Source: Capsulimonadales bacterium
GTDB lineage: Bacteria; Armatimonadota; Armatimonadia; Armatimonadales; Armatimonadaceae
Direction of reading: 5' to 3'
Assembly (NCBI GenBank): GCA_033762295.1
Contig: JANRLW010000001.1
Location: 1-40,726 of the forward strand
DNA: 40,726 nucleotides
Made by a program: the position numbers and the translations under genes. The notes beneath the pieces are model-generated. The model was not told the DNA's origin, searched no databases, and was given only the letters and a program-made list of their open reading frames with translations. Within the stretch, counting starts at the first letter, position 1; each line of letters begins with the position of its first letter. Shown here piece by piece: positions 24,906 through 34,623 of the stretch.

Positions 24906-27383
24906 ATGCTTCGCTTGCCAGTCCATTCTCGTCCCCTGGCCGTTACACTCGGCCTCTGCTTCCTTCTCACAAGCGTGTCGCGAACGGTTCAGGCGCAGGA
25001 CCTTTTCGTCACTTCCGATCGGACGATCCTTCTGGGCAACCCGATCAACGGCGACTTCTCCTCGGTTATCGTCGGCACGGACCTCGATACGAACCCGTTT
25101 CCGAACGTCACTGCGGATTTCACCGGTGGTACGGTCACCAACGGAATCGCCGCGTACAACGCCGCCAATGTGACCATTCTGGATGGCGTGATCGGTGCCG
25201 TCCCCGCAGACTTTACCGCCAGCACCGCTCTCGGCGTTTTTCAGGGCAGTACGGTCACGATGACCGGCGGTACCTTGCTCTCTCATGTTCAAGTCGGAAA
25301 CTGGGCGTTTAACGACGGAACCTTCAGTACCTTCACGCTCTCCGGCGGTTCGGCGGCCTATCTATTCAACGGCTACGGCGGCGTGACGAACATCACGGGC
25401 GGCAGCATCCTCGGCATTCCGGGCAACGACGTCTACCCGTTCGGAATCGTTCAAAACGACAACGACGGGGTGTTGAATATCACGGGCGGCGTCATACAGG
25501 GCATTTTCGGCTCCAACTTCGAGGGTGGGATCATCAACTTCGGCGGGACCGCCCTTGCCGACCGCCTGACCCTGTCGTCCTTCGGCAACAATCAAACGGC
25601 GAACATCACAGGCGGAACCCTGGGCGGGTTGCTGGTCGGCAGCATCGGCGTCGCCAATATCTCCGGCGGCACGATCGGAGGCGATGGCATCCGGATTACG
25701 GAAAGTGGGATCGTGAATCTCACCGGCAGCGGCCTGACCGTTAACGTCACCGGCGTCGAAGGATCGTTCGACGGCAGTCTGGGAGTGAATCTGGTCATCA
25801 CCAACTACTCCCTGACCGGGACATTGAGCGACGGTACGGCAATCGACGCCACGATTCGCGCCAGCGGTGACTACCTGAACGACGGCACCTCCGCCACCTT
25901 TAACGGTTACGGGTCCGCGATCGCCCCCGATCTCTTCGTGCAAACCGATACCACTGCGACCGGTGTCTACAACAACGTCCATATCGGCATCGATGAAACG
26001 CTCTCCGTCCCCTCGAATCCGACCGTCACGATCGCGGACGGTATGGATACCGTTTTCCTGACCACCTATGCCGACAGCGCTACCGTTATGACCGGCGGCA
26101 TCGTCCGCGGCAATGCTTCCGTCACACAACAAAGCGCGTTCACCCTGCAGGGCGGGATGATCGAAGGTTTTCTGCTGATCGGCGACCAGGGCGCGGCGAC
26201 GGTGTCCGGCGGCAGCTTCGGAGATGTCCGTCTGAACGGTGGAACTCTGACCATTCAAGGAAGCGGGCTGACCGGGACCGGAAGCGCGGGCACCTTTTGG
26301 GACGGCACCAATAACTATCTTCTGGCCGGCCAGTTCACCGTCACGGGGACACTTTCCGATGGCACGGCCTTCGACCGCACGATTCTGGCCGGCAGCGTCA
26401 GCGGCGACGGTTCGCAGCAAACTCTCGTCGCCGCGCAGGTCGCGCCGAATGTGTTTCAAACCGCCGACGGAACCGTGAGCGGTTTCCTGAATCGGGTGAC
26501 GATCGGACAGGATGAGACCGGCGTCGTCAATACCTCACCGACCGTCGCTCTGGCGGACGGCAGCGATGTCGGCAATGTCGACGTCCGCAACGCCAGCCAG
26601 TTGACCATCGAGGGTGGCATCGTTCGTGGCGGGGTCACGGTCGATCCAAACGCCGCCGTTGTGATCAATGACGGAACGATCGAGCGGGTTACCGGCCCCG
26701 GCAGCGTGACCGTGAACGGAGGCAGTGTCACCTCGATCAACGCCCTGGGACGGACCGAGATTCTCGATGGCATGATCGACAGCCTGAACGGTAACGGCGC
26801 GAATGCCCGCATCGGCGTCCGGGGCGGCAGCCTGCGGATACTGACCCTGTTCGGAGCGCCCGCCGAGATCACCGGCGGCGACATCGACACGGTCCGGATC
26901 CTTAACCGGGGGCGGGCCGACATCCGGGGCGGAACGGTCGACCGGCTTCGCGTTTCGCTGAGCGGGACTGCCAATATTTTCGGCGGCACGGTTCTCGATG
27001 TCTGGGGCGAAGGGGGCATCGTCAACCTCTACGGCGGAACGATCGGTTCGGATACGCTGCTCAATATCGGTTTGCAGCAGAGCGTCTTCAACGTCTACGG
27101 TATCGGACTCCAACTGACCAACGGGACAATCGGCACCTATACCAACGATTTCGGTCAGGTGTTTGACGGGGTCTGGTGGGATGTTACCGGCCTGCTCCAA
27201 AACGGCACGACTCTCAACACCCGGTATTTCGAACGGAACGGCGCCATCGGCGGTGCGAACGGGTTGCGCCTTCTGGCCGCCGCCCCGGAACCGGGGACGC
27301 TGCTCCTGCTGATGGCGGGCATCCCGATGATGGCCGCCGTCCGTCGTCGTCCCCGAGCGGTCCGCCGGTCCTCCGAATCGTAA
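24906..27383 (+). CDS. PEP-CTERM surface protein with Gly-rich beta-helix repeats
   Basis: Signal peptide ending VQA-QD, many xxxGG repeats, and C-terminal APEPGT-TM-RRR. Confidence 0.85.
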   Translation: MLRLPVHSRPLAVTLGLCFLLTSVSRTVQAQDLFVTSDRTILLGNPINGDFSSVIVGTDLDTNPFPNVTADFTGGTVTNGIAAYNAANVTILDGVIGAVPADFTASTALGVFQGSTVTMTGGTLLSHVQVGNWAFNDGTFSTFTLSGGSAAYLFNGYGGVTNITGGSILGIPGNDVYPFGIVQNDNDGVLNITGGVIQGIFGSNFEGGIINFGGTALADRLTLSSFGNNQTANITGGTLGGLLVGSIGVANISGGTIGGDGIRITESGIVNLTGSGLTVNVTGVEGSFDGSLGVNLVITNYSLTGTLSDGTAIDATIRASGDYLNDGTSATFNGYGSAIAPDLFVQTDTTATGVYNNVHIGIDETLSVPSNPTVTIADGMDTVFLTTYADSATVMTGGIVRGNASVTQQSAFTLQGGMIEGFLLIGDQGAATVSGGSFGDVRLNGGTLTIQGSGLTGTGSAGTFWDGTNNYLLAGQFTVTGTLSDGTAFDRTILAGSVSGDGSQQTLVAAQVAPNVFQTADGTVSGFLNRVTIGQDETGVVNTSPTVALADGSDVGNVDVRNASQLTIEGGIVRGGVTVDPNAAVVINDGTIERVTGPGSVTVNGGSVTSINALGRTEILDGMIDSLNGNGANARIGVRGGSLRILTLFGAPAEITGGDIDTVRILNRGRADIRGGTVDRLRVSLSGTANIFGGTVLDVWGEGGIVNLYGGTIGSDTLLNIGLQQSVFNVYGIGLQLTNGTIGTYTNDFGQVFDGVWWDVTGLLQNGTTLNTRYFERNGAIGGANGLRLLAAAPEPGTLLLLMAGIPMMAAVRRRPRAVRRSSES

Positions 27384-27420
27384 ACCCGCCGCGCTCGCCC
27401 TCCGGCGAGCATCGTCCGCA

Positions 27421-27460
27421 GGGCCGGGGAGTCTTCCGAACTTCCCGGCCCTCTCTTTAT
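27421..27460 (+). terminator. Intrinsic terminator
   Basis: GGGCCGGG...CCCGGCCC stem followed by TCTCTTT. Confidence 0.55.
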
Positions 27461-27513
27461 CGGACCGTCCGAAAAGTTGGGCGTCCGGGCAGTTTTTAAG
27501 TATTTATTTTTCC

Positions 27514-27545
27514 ACTATTTTAGTAGACTAATTTAGTAGAATTCA
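27514..27545. promoter_or_regulatory. Tandem operator-like sites resembling Rrf2/IscR-type boxes
   Basis: Two adjacent 13-mers, ACTATTTTAGTAG and ACTAATTTAGTAG, each containing ACTA-N3-TAGT, in a very AT-rich island. Confidence 0.55.
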
Positions 27546-27627
27546 ACGGAACACAGCAGGTAAATTTCCCGTTAAAGCGGTGGAACGGGATCACCGTCCA
27601 ATTCAGACTTCTCGAAAGGTCTCAACG

Positions 27628-28221
27628 ATGAATCGCTCACTGTCCGCTCTTGGGCTAATTGCGACTGTCGCTATTGTCGCTCCGGCTTTCGCCGCGCCGA
27701 CCAACAATGTTCGATTTGGCAATACGATCGTCCGACTGGAATCCGGTTTCCTCGGCGCGATCAGTTCTCTGGGTATTGCGACGAGCAGCGTTACACCTGC
27801 CACGGTGACTACCGATGTCCGGGGCAATGTTCTGGCGACTTTCCCGATCTCGAACGGCGTTATCGATCTTGGTACGGGCAAAGCGGAGATCTCCCATCTG
27901 GGCGGTCTGCGATTCGCCAAAGGGAGCACGGTCGCCGAAATCACCGATTTCCGCATCGACTCTACCGTGGCGCAGCCGGTCATCACCGGTCTGGTGACCG
28001 TCAACGATTCCCTGGTCGGCCGCATTCCGGTCTTCCGTCTGCAGGGTTCGGTCAACTATCCGCTGGTTCCGCAGAACGGGTTTCAGTTGACCGTCACCGG
28101 GATCGAGCTGTCGCTGACCTCGGAAGCGGCGAGCGCACTGAACTCCGTCTTCGGTGTCACCGACCTGGCCGCCGGCGTCCCGGTCGGTGTGGCGGTCACC
28201 TCCACTCTGGTCTTCGAATAA
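27628..28221 (+). CDS. Secreted beta-rich protein (HtaA-like fold suspected), paralog 1
   Basis: Signal peptide ending AFA-AP, FPISNG, ISHLGGLRF, ITDFRID and LTSEAASALN; GAAAGGT RBS. Confidence 0.75.
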   Translation: MNRSLSALGLIATVAIVAPAFAAPTNNVRFGNTIVRLESGFLGAISSLGIATSSVTPATVTTDVRGNVLATFPISNGVIDLGTGKAEISHLGGLRFAKGSTVAEITDFRIDSTVAQPVITGLVTVNDSLVGRIPVFRLQGSVNYPLVPQNGFQLTVTGIELSLTSEAASALNSVFGVTDLAAGVPVGVAVTSTLVFE

Positions 28222-28244
28222 TTTCCCATCGTTCCTGTTGTCTT

Positions 28245-28280
28245 CGGCCCGAAACCCGCCGTCGGTTTCGGGCCGTTTTC
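28245..28280 (+). terminator. Intrinsic terminator after paralog 1
   Basis: 12-bp stem CGGCCCGAAACC / GGTTTCGGGCCG followed by TTTT. Confidence 0.7.
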
Positions 28281-28446
28281 CGTCTCAGGAGCGGTTTCCC
28301 TCTGGCCTGTCCCGTCCGCTCCGTTTTTTCCCGGGAAGTTTTCCCCGCAAACAGCAAAATTACCGGGAACAGAATGAGCGAGTTGCCGGTTGATTGGCAT
28401 GGAACGATCGAACCTCGTTCCGAAACCCTTAACCGAAAGGTTGTCA

Positions 28447-29046
28447 ATGATGAATCGCTCTTTGTCCGCATTTGGTGTTATTGCTACTATCGCTATCGTC
28501 GCTCCCGCTCAGGCCGCCCCCACCCAGATCATCCGGTTCGGTGAGACCGTGGTTCGTCTGGATGCCGGTTTCCTTGGCGCTCTCAATACTCTCGGAGTCG
28601 CACCGAGCAATATCCAGCCGGGCCGTCTTGCCGTCGATCGCCGCGGCAACGTTTTCGCGGGCTTCCCGGTGACCACCGGCGCGATCGACCTTGGCACCGG
28701 CAAGGCCGAGATCTCCCATGTCGGCGGCCTCAGCCTGACCGCAGGCAGCACGGTCGTCGAACTGACCGATTTTGACATCGATTCGTTGCAGCCGTCCCCG
28801 GTCCTTACCGGCCTGGTGACCGTGAATGGCAACCTGGTGGGCCGCCTTCCGCTGTTCAGCCTGATGTCCAAGTCGCCGGTGAATCTGCCGGTCAGCCTGA
28901 ACAATGGCTTTGTTCTGCAGGTTTCCGGCATCAAGCTGGCGTTGACCTCCGAGGCGGCGGGCGCGCTGAACTCGGTCTTCGGCATCAACAACCTGACCGG
29001 TGGCATCCCGATCGGCGTCGCCGCGACCACCGCGTTCGTGTTCTAA
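28447..29046 (+). CDS. Secreted beta-rich protein (HtaA-like fold suspected), paralog 2
   Basis: Colinear with paralog 1 (MNRSLSA, IDLGTGKAEISH.GGL, TGLVTVN, LTSEAA.ALNSVFG). Confidence 0.75.
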   Translation: MMNRSLSAFGVIATIAIVAPAQAAPTQIIRFGETVVRLDAGFLGALNTLGVAPSNIQPGRLAVDRRGNVFAGFPVTTGAIDLGTGKAEISHVGGLSLTAGSTVVELTDFDIDSLQPSPVLTGLVTVNGNLVGRLPLFSLMSKSPVNLPVSLNNGFVLQVSGIKLALTSEAAGALNSVFGINNLTGGIPIGVAATTAFVF

Positions 29047-29067
29047 TTTTCGTTTCCCCGCATACTG

Positions 29068-29098
29068 CGAACCGCGGCAGAGCCTCTGCCGCGGTTCG
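29068..29098. terminator. Hairpin between convergent genes
   Basis: 14-bp stem CGAACCGCGGCAGA / TCTGCCGCGGTTCG. Confidence 0.7.
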
Positions 29099-29136
29099 TT
29101 CGGTTCACCGGCTTCGGGCCGGATCCGGTTCGAGCG

Positions 29137-30138
29137 TTATTCAAGGTTCCAGAGCGACCACGCGGTTCGTCCGTCGCGGGAAAAGTACTCCGGCACACCG
29201 CTGTTTCCGCTACTGGATTGAGCGACCGTGAACGGCGGGTTGGGTGAATCCAGCGAGGTATACTCGCTTTGTGGCGGACACAGGGCGATGAACTGCTCGC
29301 GTTTGATCCATTTTGTGTGTCCATCGACATAGGTCAGGTTAAAGCCGCCCGTGTGCGGAACGCTCCATAAAAAGGGGGGATTCTGCCCGGACCGTTCAGT
29401 TTCTCCCGGTAGACGGAACGCAAACGCCCGCCAATATTCGCGCTGGGCAACCGGATACATGGTCGTCGAAATGAAAGTTGTCGGGGTCACTGCAGTCTGC
29501 GCAGGAACGGTAGAATTATACAGTTCCATCAATAGCAACGTTTCGGCAGGGCGTACTATCCCGGATAGAGTGCCACCCGTCCACGATGGAACACTGAAAT
29601 ACGTGGACAGGGAAAAACCACTATTTCCAACCACGCCGAGTCCGGTCAAGCTGACGTTCAGGCTGTAGGCATTGACGAGGAACCCGTTGCGCTCAAAATC
29701 CGGGAGGGACTCACAGACCTGGTTGTTTCGAGTGCTGGCATTGAGGCAAATTTGTCGGCTGGGGCAGCGGAAAATCGTCAGGTTCTTGACGTAAGGATAA
29801 ACATAGTACCACCATTTCGCACTTTCAACGACGTTGCCTTTGGCTCCTTCCCGGCATCCGCTGGCGGTGGGAATAATCGGGTTCGGTCTGTCGGGTTGTT
29901 CGGGGAAAAGGCAATAAGAAGCATTAGGCCATGTTTCATCATAGTCCTGTGTATAGGAAAGTAATGCCATGCCGAGTTGCCGAACATTGGAAAGGCAGGC
30001 AGTTTGCCTACTTTTCTCGCGGGCCGACCCAAAAATCGGGAATAAAATGGCCGCGAGTAGAGCGATAATTGCTATGACAACGAGCAGTTCGATAAGTGTG
30101 AACGCACGTCGTCTGCGGGCTGTCCGTAGTGAGGGCAT
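29137..30138 (-). CDS. Prepilin-type N-terminal cleavage/methylation protein (DUF1559, H-X9-DG)
   Basis: [36 protein letters not shown] and [13 protein letters not shown]. Confidence 0.9.
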   Translation of the reverse strand: MPSLRTARRRRAFTLIELLVVIAIIALLAAILFPIFGSAREKSRQTACLSNVRQLGMALLSYTQDYDETWPNASYCLFPEQPDRPNPIIPTASGCREGAKGNVVESAKWWYYVYPYVKNLTIFRCPSRQICLNASTRNNQVCESLPDFERNGFLVNAYSLNVSLTGLGVVGNSGFSLSTYFSVPSWTGGTLSGIVRPAETLLLMELYNSTVPAQTAVTPTTFISTTMYPVAQREYWRAFAFRLPGETERSGQNPPFLWSVPHTGGFNLTYVDGHTKWIKREQFIALCPPQSEYTSLDSPNPPFTVAQSSSGNSGVPEYFSRDGRTAWSLWNLE

Positions 30139-30287
30139 CGGGTTGAACCTTTCAGGTTGAGAGCTACAGGTATCAACACGAAATCTTACTTTATCGTTCC
30201 CTTTTGCCCTGCTCCCTAAATCCCGTACGCTCTGCCGCCGCCTTACGCCCCATTGTGCGTCGCCCACCGCCGAAGCCGTAACTCCGC

Positions 30288-30752
30288 CTATGGCTTCGAC
30301 CGGTATTTGGTGGTCGGCGGCGGAAGCCATTGCTTCGGCCGTCGATCCCAGATAAGCCACAACCCGAGTGACGTGAGCGGCAGGCCGACCCCCAGGCCCA
30401 GAAAAAGGACCGGAGAAAAGAAAAGGGTATCGAACGAGTCGATTTCCGCTTCCGTCGGTCGGTCGGGACGAAAGCGCACGGGCACTTGTTGCAAGTAACC
30501 GTATTTGCTACTGGTCGAGATTCTCGATTCAAAGTGGATAACCCTACCTTCCGGCGTCCGGAATTTCACTATGGCACTCGCCTTTGTTGTCCTGAATTTC
30601 CAGGATACCGTTCCATGACCGACCACCTTCCCGACCGCCGGTTGCCAGGTCAGTTTAATGCGGACCCCTTCCGCAAGAAAGAACAGGCCCAAGGCAACAA
30701 GGGCGCCGCAAAAAATCCACCCCAGACCGAAATCCTTAACGAAACGATCCAT
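30288..30752 (-). CDS. DUF3592-like membrane protein
   Basis: TM helix, [29 protein letters not shown], then a second TM helix. Confidence 0.75.
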   Translation of the reverse strand: MDRFVKDFGLGWIFCGALVALGLFFLAEGVRIKLTWQPAVGKVVGHGTVSWKFRTTKASAIVKFRTPEGRVIHFESRISTSSKYGYLQQVPVRFRPDRPTEAEIDSFDTLFFSPVLFLGLGVGLPLTSLGLWLIWDRRPKQWLPPPTTKYRSKP

Positions 30753-30790
30753 CGGTTGCTCCTTCCGCTCTGCGGGCTACTCCGGGACGA

Positions 30791-31090
30791 TCAGGCGGGT
30801 TCCGTGTTGAGGAGAGCGGTTGCAATGGCGTCCCACTCCTCCTCGAAGCTTCCGGCGGCCACGGGTTGGCCGGCCCGGCGATACCAGTAGGCGGCGTTCG
30901 CCGGGTCCGGTTCCTTGCGGTGCAGGTAGGCATGAACCCAGGAACCGGCGGGGGAGTTATCGTCCTGCAGAAGATCATGGGCTTTGTGCCACTCCCCCTT
31001 CGCCTCCCACCAGAGCGCCTGTAACGGGGTGAGACGGACGGACGGTTCCGGGTCGGTCAACGTCGCCTTGAAAGAATCCAAAGTGTTCAT
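30791..31090 (-). CDS. Conserved hypothetical helical protein
   Basis: Motif G.WHKAH...Q.....WVHAYLHRKE.D..NAAYWY.RAG. Confidence 0.8.
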   Translation of the reverse strand: MNTLDSFKATLTDPEPSVRLTPLQALWWEAKGEWHKAHDLLQDDNSPAGSWVHAYLHRKEPDPANAAYWYRRAGQPVAAGSFEEEWDAIATALLNTEPA

Positions 31091-31135
31091 GCGGTACGGT
31101 TCGGCAGGGAGCGGACTTTACCCTGCGGCGCGAAG

Positions 31136-31522
31136 TTACTCGGCTCCGCTCGGTTTCGTCTCCGGGTGCCGTTCCCGGTAATGGGCGATCTTCTTCCGGA
31201 TCAAGGCAAGATGCTCGCAGAGCGCGGCGATCTGTCCTTCAATGGCTTCCTCGTGCTCCACGAGAATCTCCAGGCGTTCCCGAACCGTGTCGGCACCATC
31301 CTGGGCCTGCCGGACCAGCGCCGTGTACCGCCGGATGCGTGCGATCGGCATCCCCATCGAGCGCAGGCGCGCAACAAAAGCCAGTAGATAGAGGTCGTCC
31401 TCCGTGTAGACGCGGTGACCGCCCGACTCCCGGGAGACCGGCAGGATAAGGCCGATCTCTTCGTAGTAGCGGATCGTCGGGACACTCAGGCCGGTCCGGC
31501 GGGCGGCATCCTGTATCTTCAT
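31136..31522 (-). CDS. MerR family transcriptional regulator (AdhR/NmlR-like)
   Basis: TIRYYEEIGL, GGHRVY, LRSMGMPI and a C-terminal coiled coil. Confidence 0.93.
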   Translation of the reverse strand: MKIQDAARRTGLSVPTIRYYEEIGLILPVSRESGGHRVYTEDDLYLLAFVARLRSMGMPIARIRRYTALVRQAQDGADTVRERLEILVEHEEAIEGQIAALCEHLALIRKKIAHYRERHPETKPSGAE

Positions 31523-31587
31523 GGAATCCACTATACTCCGTCCGGCCCCGCCGTCCAAATTGTCGGGCGGGCCGCTTTCCGAATCGG

Positions 31588-32397
31588 TTACAGACCGGCT
31601 TCATCGTAGGCGGCGGCGACGGCCTCCGGCCAGGTTTTCCCCTCCCGCACAAGGAGTTCGTACACGCGGCGGTTGGTCGCATCCGGAAACACATAGACAT
31701 GATCCGACGACAGGGACGCGAGGGAGGCTTCCGCCACCTCCTCCGCGGACCGGACAAACCGACGGTTCTCCTGTGCGATGCCCCGGTTACGGTATTCGTC
31801 GGTGCTGAAGAACTCCGTTTCGGTAAGTCCGGGAAGGATCGTGCGAACCTGAATGTTCCGGCCCGCCTCGTCCATTTCCCGCTGGAGTGACCGGGAGAAG
31901 CTATTTACGAAGGATTTCGTGGCGCAGTAGACGGCCGTTCCCGCCTGGGCGATATCCGAGACGATCGTGGAGACGTTCAGGATCGCTCCCTCGTCGCGGG
32001 CGATCATCCGGGGCAGGAAGGCATGGGTCAGTTGCATGGTCGCGGTAACGTGGACCGTGATCATGTCGACGGACTTCCGGACATCCACGTCAACGAAACG
32101 ACCGGACGTCCCGAATCCGGCATTATTGACAAGCAGGGAGACGTTGTCATAGGTGTGGGCCAGCGAGGCGATGCGTTCGATATCGTCGGTCCGCGACAGG
32201 TCGGCGACCTGAACATCGGCACGGACCCCATACCGATCGTGGCACTCCGCCGCCAGTTCGCCGAGGCGTTCCGCCCGCCGCGCAACCAGAATGAGGTCGT
32301 ACCGGCGTGCGGCGAGCGCTCGGGCAAAGGCCGCTCCGATACCGCTCGACGCTCCGGTGATCAGCGCGACCCGGGCCTGTTCCGGTAAAGTGGTCAT
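31588..32397 (-). CDS. Short-chain dehydrogenase/reductase
   Basis: TGASSGIG, LVNNAG and YCATK (YxxxK). Confidence 0.93.
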   Translation of the reverse strand: MTTLPEQARVALITGASSGIGAAFARALAARRYDLILVARRAERLGELAAECHDRYGVRADVQVADLSRTDDIERIASLAHTYDNVSLLVNNAGFGTSGRFVDVDVRKSVDMITVHVTATMQLTHAFLPRMIARDEGAILNVSTIVSDIAQAGTAVYCATKSFVNSFSRSLQREMDEAGRNIQVRTILPGLTETEFFSTDEYRNRGIAQENRRFVRSAEEVAEASLASLSSDHVYVFPDATNRRVYELLVREGKTWPEAVAAAYDEAGL

Positions 32398-32449
32398 AGG
32401 TTTTCCAATTTCGATGCGAGGTTTTTATGCCGCCTGGCGGCACGAACGC

Positions 32450-32480
32450 AGTCTACCGCCTCAAGTGCACTTGAGGTCAA
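32450..32480 (-). promoter_or_regulatory. MerR-type promoter with operator
   Basis: TTGACC-19 bp-TAGACT containing the perfect 18-bp palindrome CCTCAAGTGCACTTGAGG (32459-32476). Confidence 0.85.
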
Positions 32481-32597
32481 GGCCGGACGAGAGCCATTTT
32501 GCGCCAATATTCTTCCCCGATCCGGAACTTTTACATGATGTCGTTCGTTTTTCCAGTGGCTTGAATTCAATACTGATAGGAAAGGTTGAGCATTCGT

Positions 32598-33593
32598 ATG
32601 CCCAAAACCCTCGCTCTCGATCGATCTCTCTTCACATCCGAACAAAAATCCGGGACCGGAGCGGCCTCCCGGGCCGGGGCGGCCTCCCGGGTTGGGGCGG
32701 CCTTCACGCTGATCGAACTGCTCGTCGTTATCGCCATTATTGCCATTCTGGCAGCTATCCTTTTCCCGGTCTTTGCTCAGGCGCGCGATAAAGCCCGGCA
32801 GGCGATGTGCCAGTCCAACATGAAACAGCTGGGGATCGCCTTCCTGATGTACGCCTCCGACTATGACGGGAAATTCCCGAATCCGGGCGGGCGGACGGTT
32901 TCGGCCGGTCAGGGTCTGGCGAACTCGTCCCCGCAGACCTCCTGGGTCGCCTGGTTCCGCAACCCCGCCAATGGCAATCGGTGGGAGCAGACCGGCGGAA
33001 TCTGGCCCTATGTCAAGCAGCGGTCGCCGAACAACGCGCAGAACGTCTACGCCTGCCCGCGTGGCAAGGAGTTTACGGGAACCATCGGCGCGGATTCCCG
33101 CTCCTCTCTGATGGGTCAGTCCTACTCGATGAACGATTTCGTCCGCGCGTTCGTCCCGCCGGCCGGCGAAAGCTTCGTCGCTGCTGCCTATGCCGATGGC
33201 ATGCTGCAGGACAGCATGGCTCGTCCGGCGGAGTTGATCCTGCTGTTCGAAACCACCCAGCGCAACGACGGTGGGCCGAATCGTAACGGCTCTCCCTACT
33301 TCACTTCCGGCCCGGCAAGTGTCACCCCGCCGCTTCCGATCGGCGTCCCCCAGAACTGGCACGCTCGCAAGGCCAATTATCTCTTCTGCGATGGTCACGT
33401 CAAGCCGTTCACCTTCGGCGAGACCCTGTCGCCCACCTATGTCGGCAACAACCCGAACAACGTCCCGGCGGCGGACCGCCTGCCGGACGATGTCAAGGCG
33501 CTGTATACCACCCATAATCTGTCGGAGTACCGCCCGTCCGGCGCGACGGACCTCTGGGACCCGCAGAACGGTATCAACTACCCCGCGCGGTAA
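32598..33593 (+). CDS. Prepilin-type N-terminal cleavage/methylation protein (DUF1559, H-X9-DG)
   Basis: [27 protein letters not shown] and [13 protein letters not shown]. Confidence 0.9.
   Translation: MPKTLALDRSLFTSEQKSGTGAASRAGAASRVGAAFTLIELLVVIAIIAILAAILFPVFAQARDKARQAMCQSNMKQLGIAFLMYASDYDGKFPNPGGRTVSAGQGLANSSPQTSWVAWFRNPANGNRWEQTGGIWPYVKQRSPNNAQNVYACPRGKEFTGTIGADSRSSLMGQSYSMNDFVRAFVPPAGESFVAAAYADGMLQDSMARPAELILLFETTQRNDGGPNRNGSPYFTSGPASVTPPLPIGVPQNWHARKANYLFCDGHVKPFTFGETLSPTYVGNNPNNVPAADRLPDDVKALYTTHNLSEYRPSGATDLWDPQNGINYPAR
32658..32704 (+). repeat. 18-bp tandem duplication in the prepilin leader
   Basis: GGAGCGGCCTCCCGGGCC / GGGGCGGCCTCCCGGGTT / GGGGCGGCCTT, encoding [16 protein letters not shown]. 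Confidence 0.85.
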
Positions 33594-33616
33594 TCCCGTT
33601 CCGCCTTCATAAAAAT

Positions 33617-33644
33617 CGGGGAAGGTACCATGGTACCTTCCCCG
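33617..33644. terminator. Perfect 28-bp palindrome between convergent genes, probably a bidirectional terminator
   Basis: CGGGGAAGGTACCATGGTACCTTCCCCG, flanked by an A-run and a T-run. Confidence 0.7.
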
Positions 33645-33675
33645 GTTTGCGATCTCCCCGCCCCTCCCGAGGGCA

Positions 33676-34623
33676 TCACTGGAATTCGGTGACGATACCG
33701 CCGTGCTGTTCCCAGCGGTTCGCCGACGGGTTCCAGTAGGTACCGCTACTCATGATGATCGATTGATTTTGCTTCATGAATTGAAGTTCGTTGTTTAACA
33801 GAGTGTTGGCATGGGACCGCATCATTCCGGCCATTTTCCGCTCCAGGTTCTGCACCATGGTCCGTTCTTCGGCCGTCATATTTTTCCCGCCGGTCATTCG
33901 ATACCGGGCGAGCAGGCGATCCTCCGCGCCCATTCGATTCCACCGCAGTTTCAGGACGGTGGGTTTTCCCTGCATCTCCGATGCGCTACGACGTTTTTCC
34001 ATCGGGAGCGACGGCCAGACCTTCGCCCAGGCCTGGTAGGTCGTCCGCTTCTCGGCGGCGGACATCGGACGTACCCGCTCGCCGGAGGTGATCTCGCGGT
34101 GAAAACGGTCCATCTCCAGGTTGTCATCGACGATGCGGCATGTGAGCGGAATCTCTCCGGCAACCAGCAGTCCGTGCTGTTCGTTCACCAACTCTTCCAG
34201 CCACTTCGATTCCGGATCCCCTTGCCGGGCCGCCTTGCGGATCTCGGGAATGGCTTTTCCGCGCGCCTCCGCAAACACCTGGAGTCGAACGTCCGCCGGG
34301 GTGTTCATGACTTTCCGGTACAGTTGCGCGGCCGTTACCACCGTCCGGATGTTTTCGCTGCGTCCCTGCATCCAGTAGTTTTCAACGAACTTGCGCTGGG
34401 TTTCGCGCTGACTCGCGGAGAGTTTGATATCGAGCAGGTTTCGTGCATAGGCCGAGTACTGTTCGAAAAGCTCCTCGGTCAGTTCGGGAATCTCCTCCGA
34501 CATTATCTCGGACTCGGGCGGCTGAGCGACCGCCATCGTCAGGGGACCGATACCGGGGAGCAGCAGGCATCCCACGGCGATCCCTATCCACCATTTGCGT
34601 CCAAAACGACTCTTTTCGTTCAT
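33676..34623 (-). CDS. Secreted alpha-helical hypothetical protein
   Basis: GGAGG RBS, start MNEKSR, signal peptide ending AVA-QP; forms the 3' part of the 564-aa ORF. Confidence 0.7.
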   Translation of the reverse strand: MNEKSRFGRKWWIGIAVGCLLLPGIGPLTMAVAQPPESEIMSEEIPELTEELFEQYSAYARNLLDIKLSASQRETQRKFVENYWMQGRSENIRTVVTAAQLYRKVMNTPADVRLQVFAEARGKAIPEIRKAARQGDPESKWLEELVNEQHGLLVAGEIPLTCRIVDDNLEMDRFHREITSGERVRPMSAAEKRTTYQAWAKVWPSLPMEKRRSASEMQGKPTVLKLRWNRMGAEDRLLARYRMTGGKNMTAEERTMVQNLERKMAGMMRSHANTLLNNELQFMKQNQSIIMSSGTYWNPSANRWEQHGGIVTEFQ

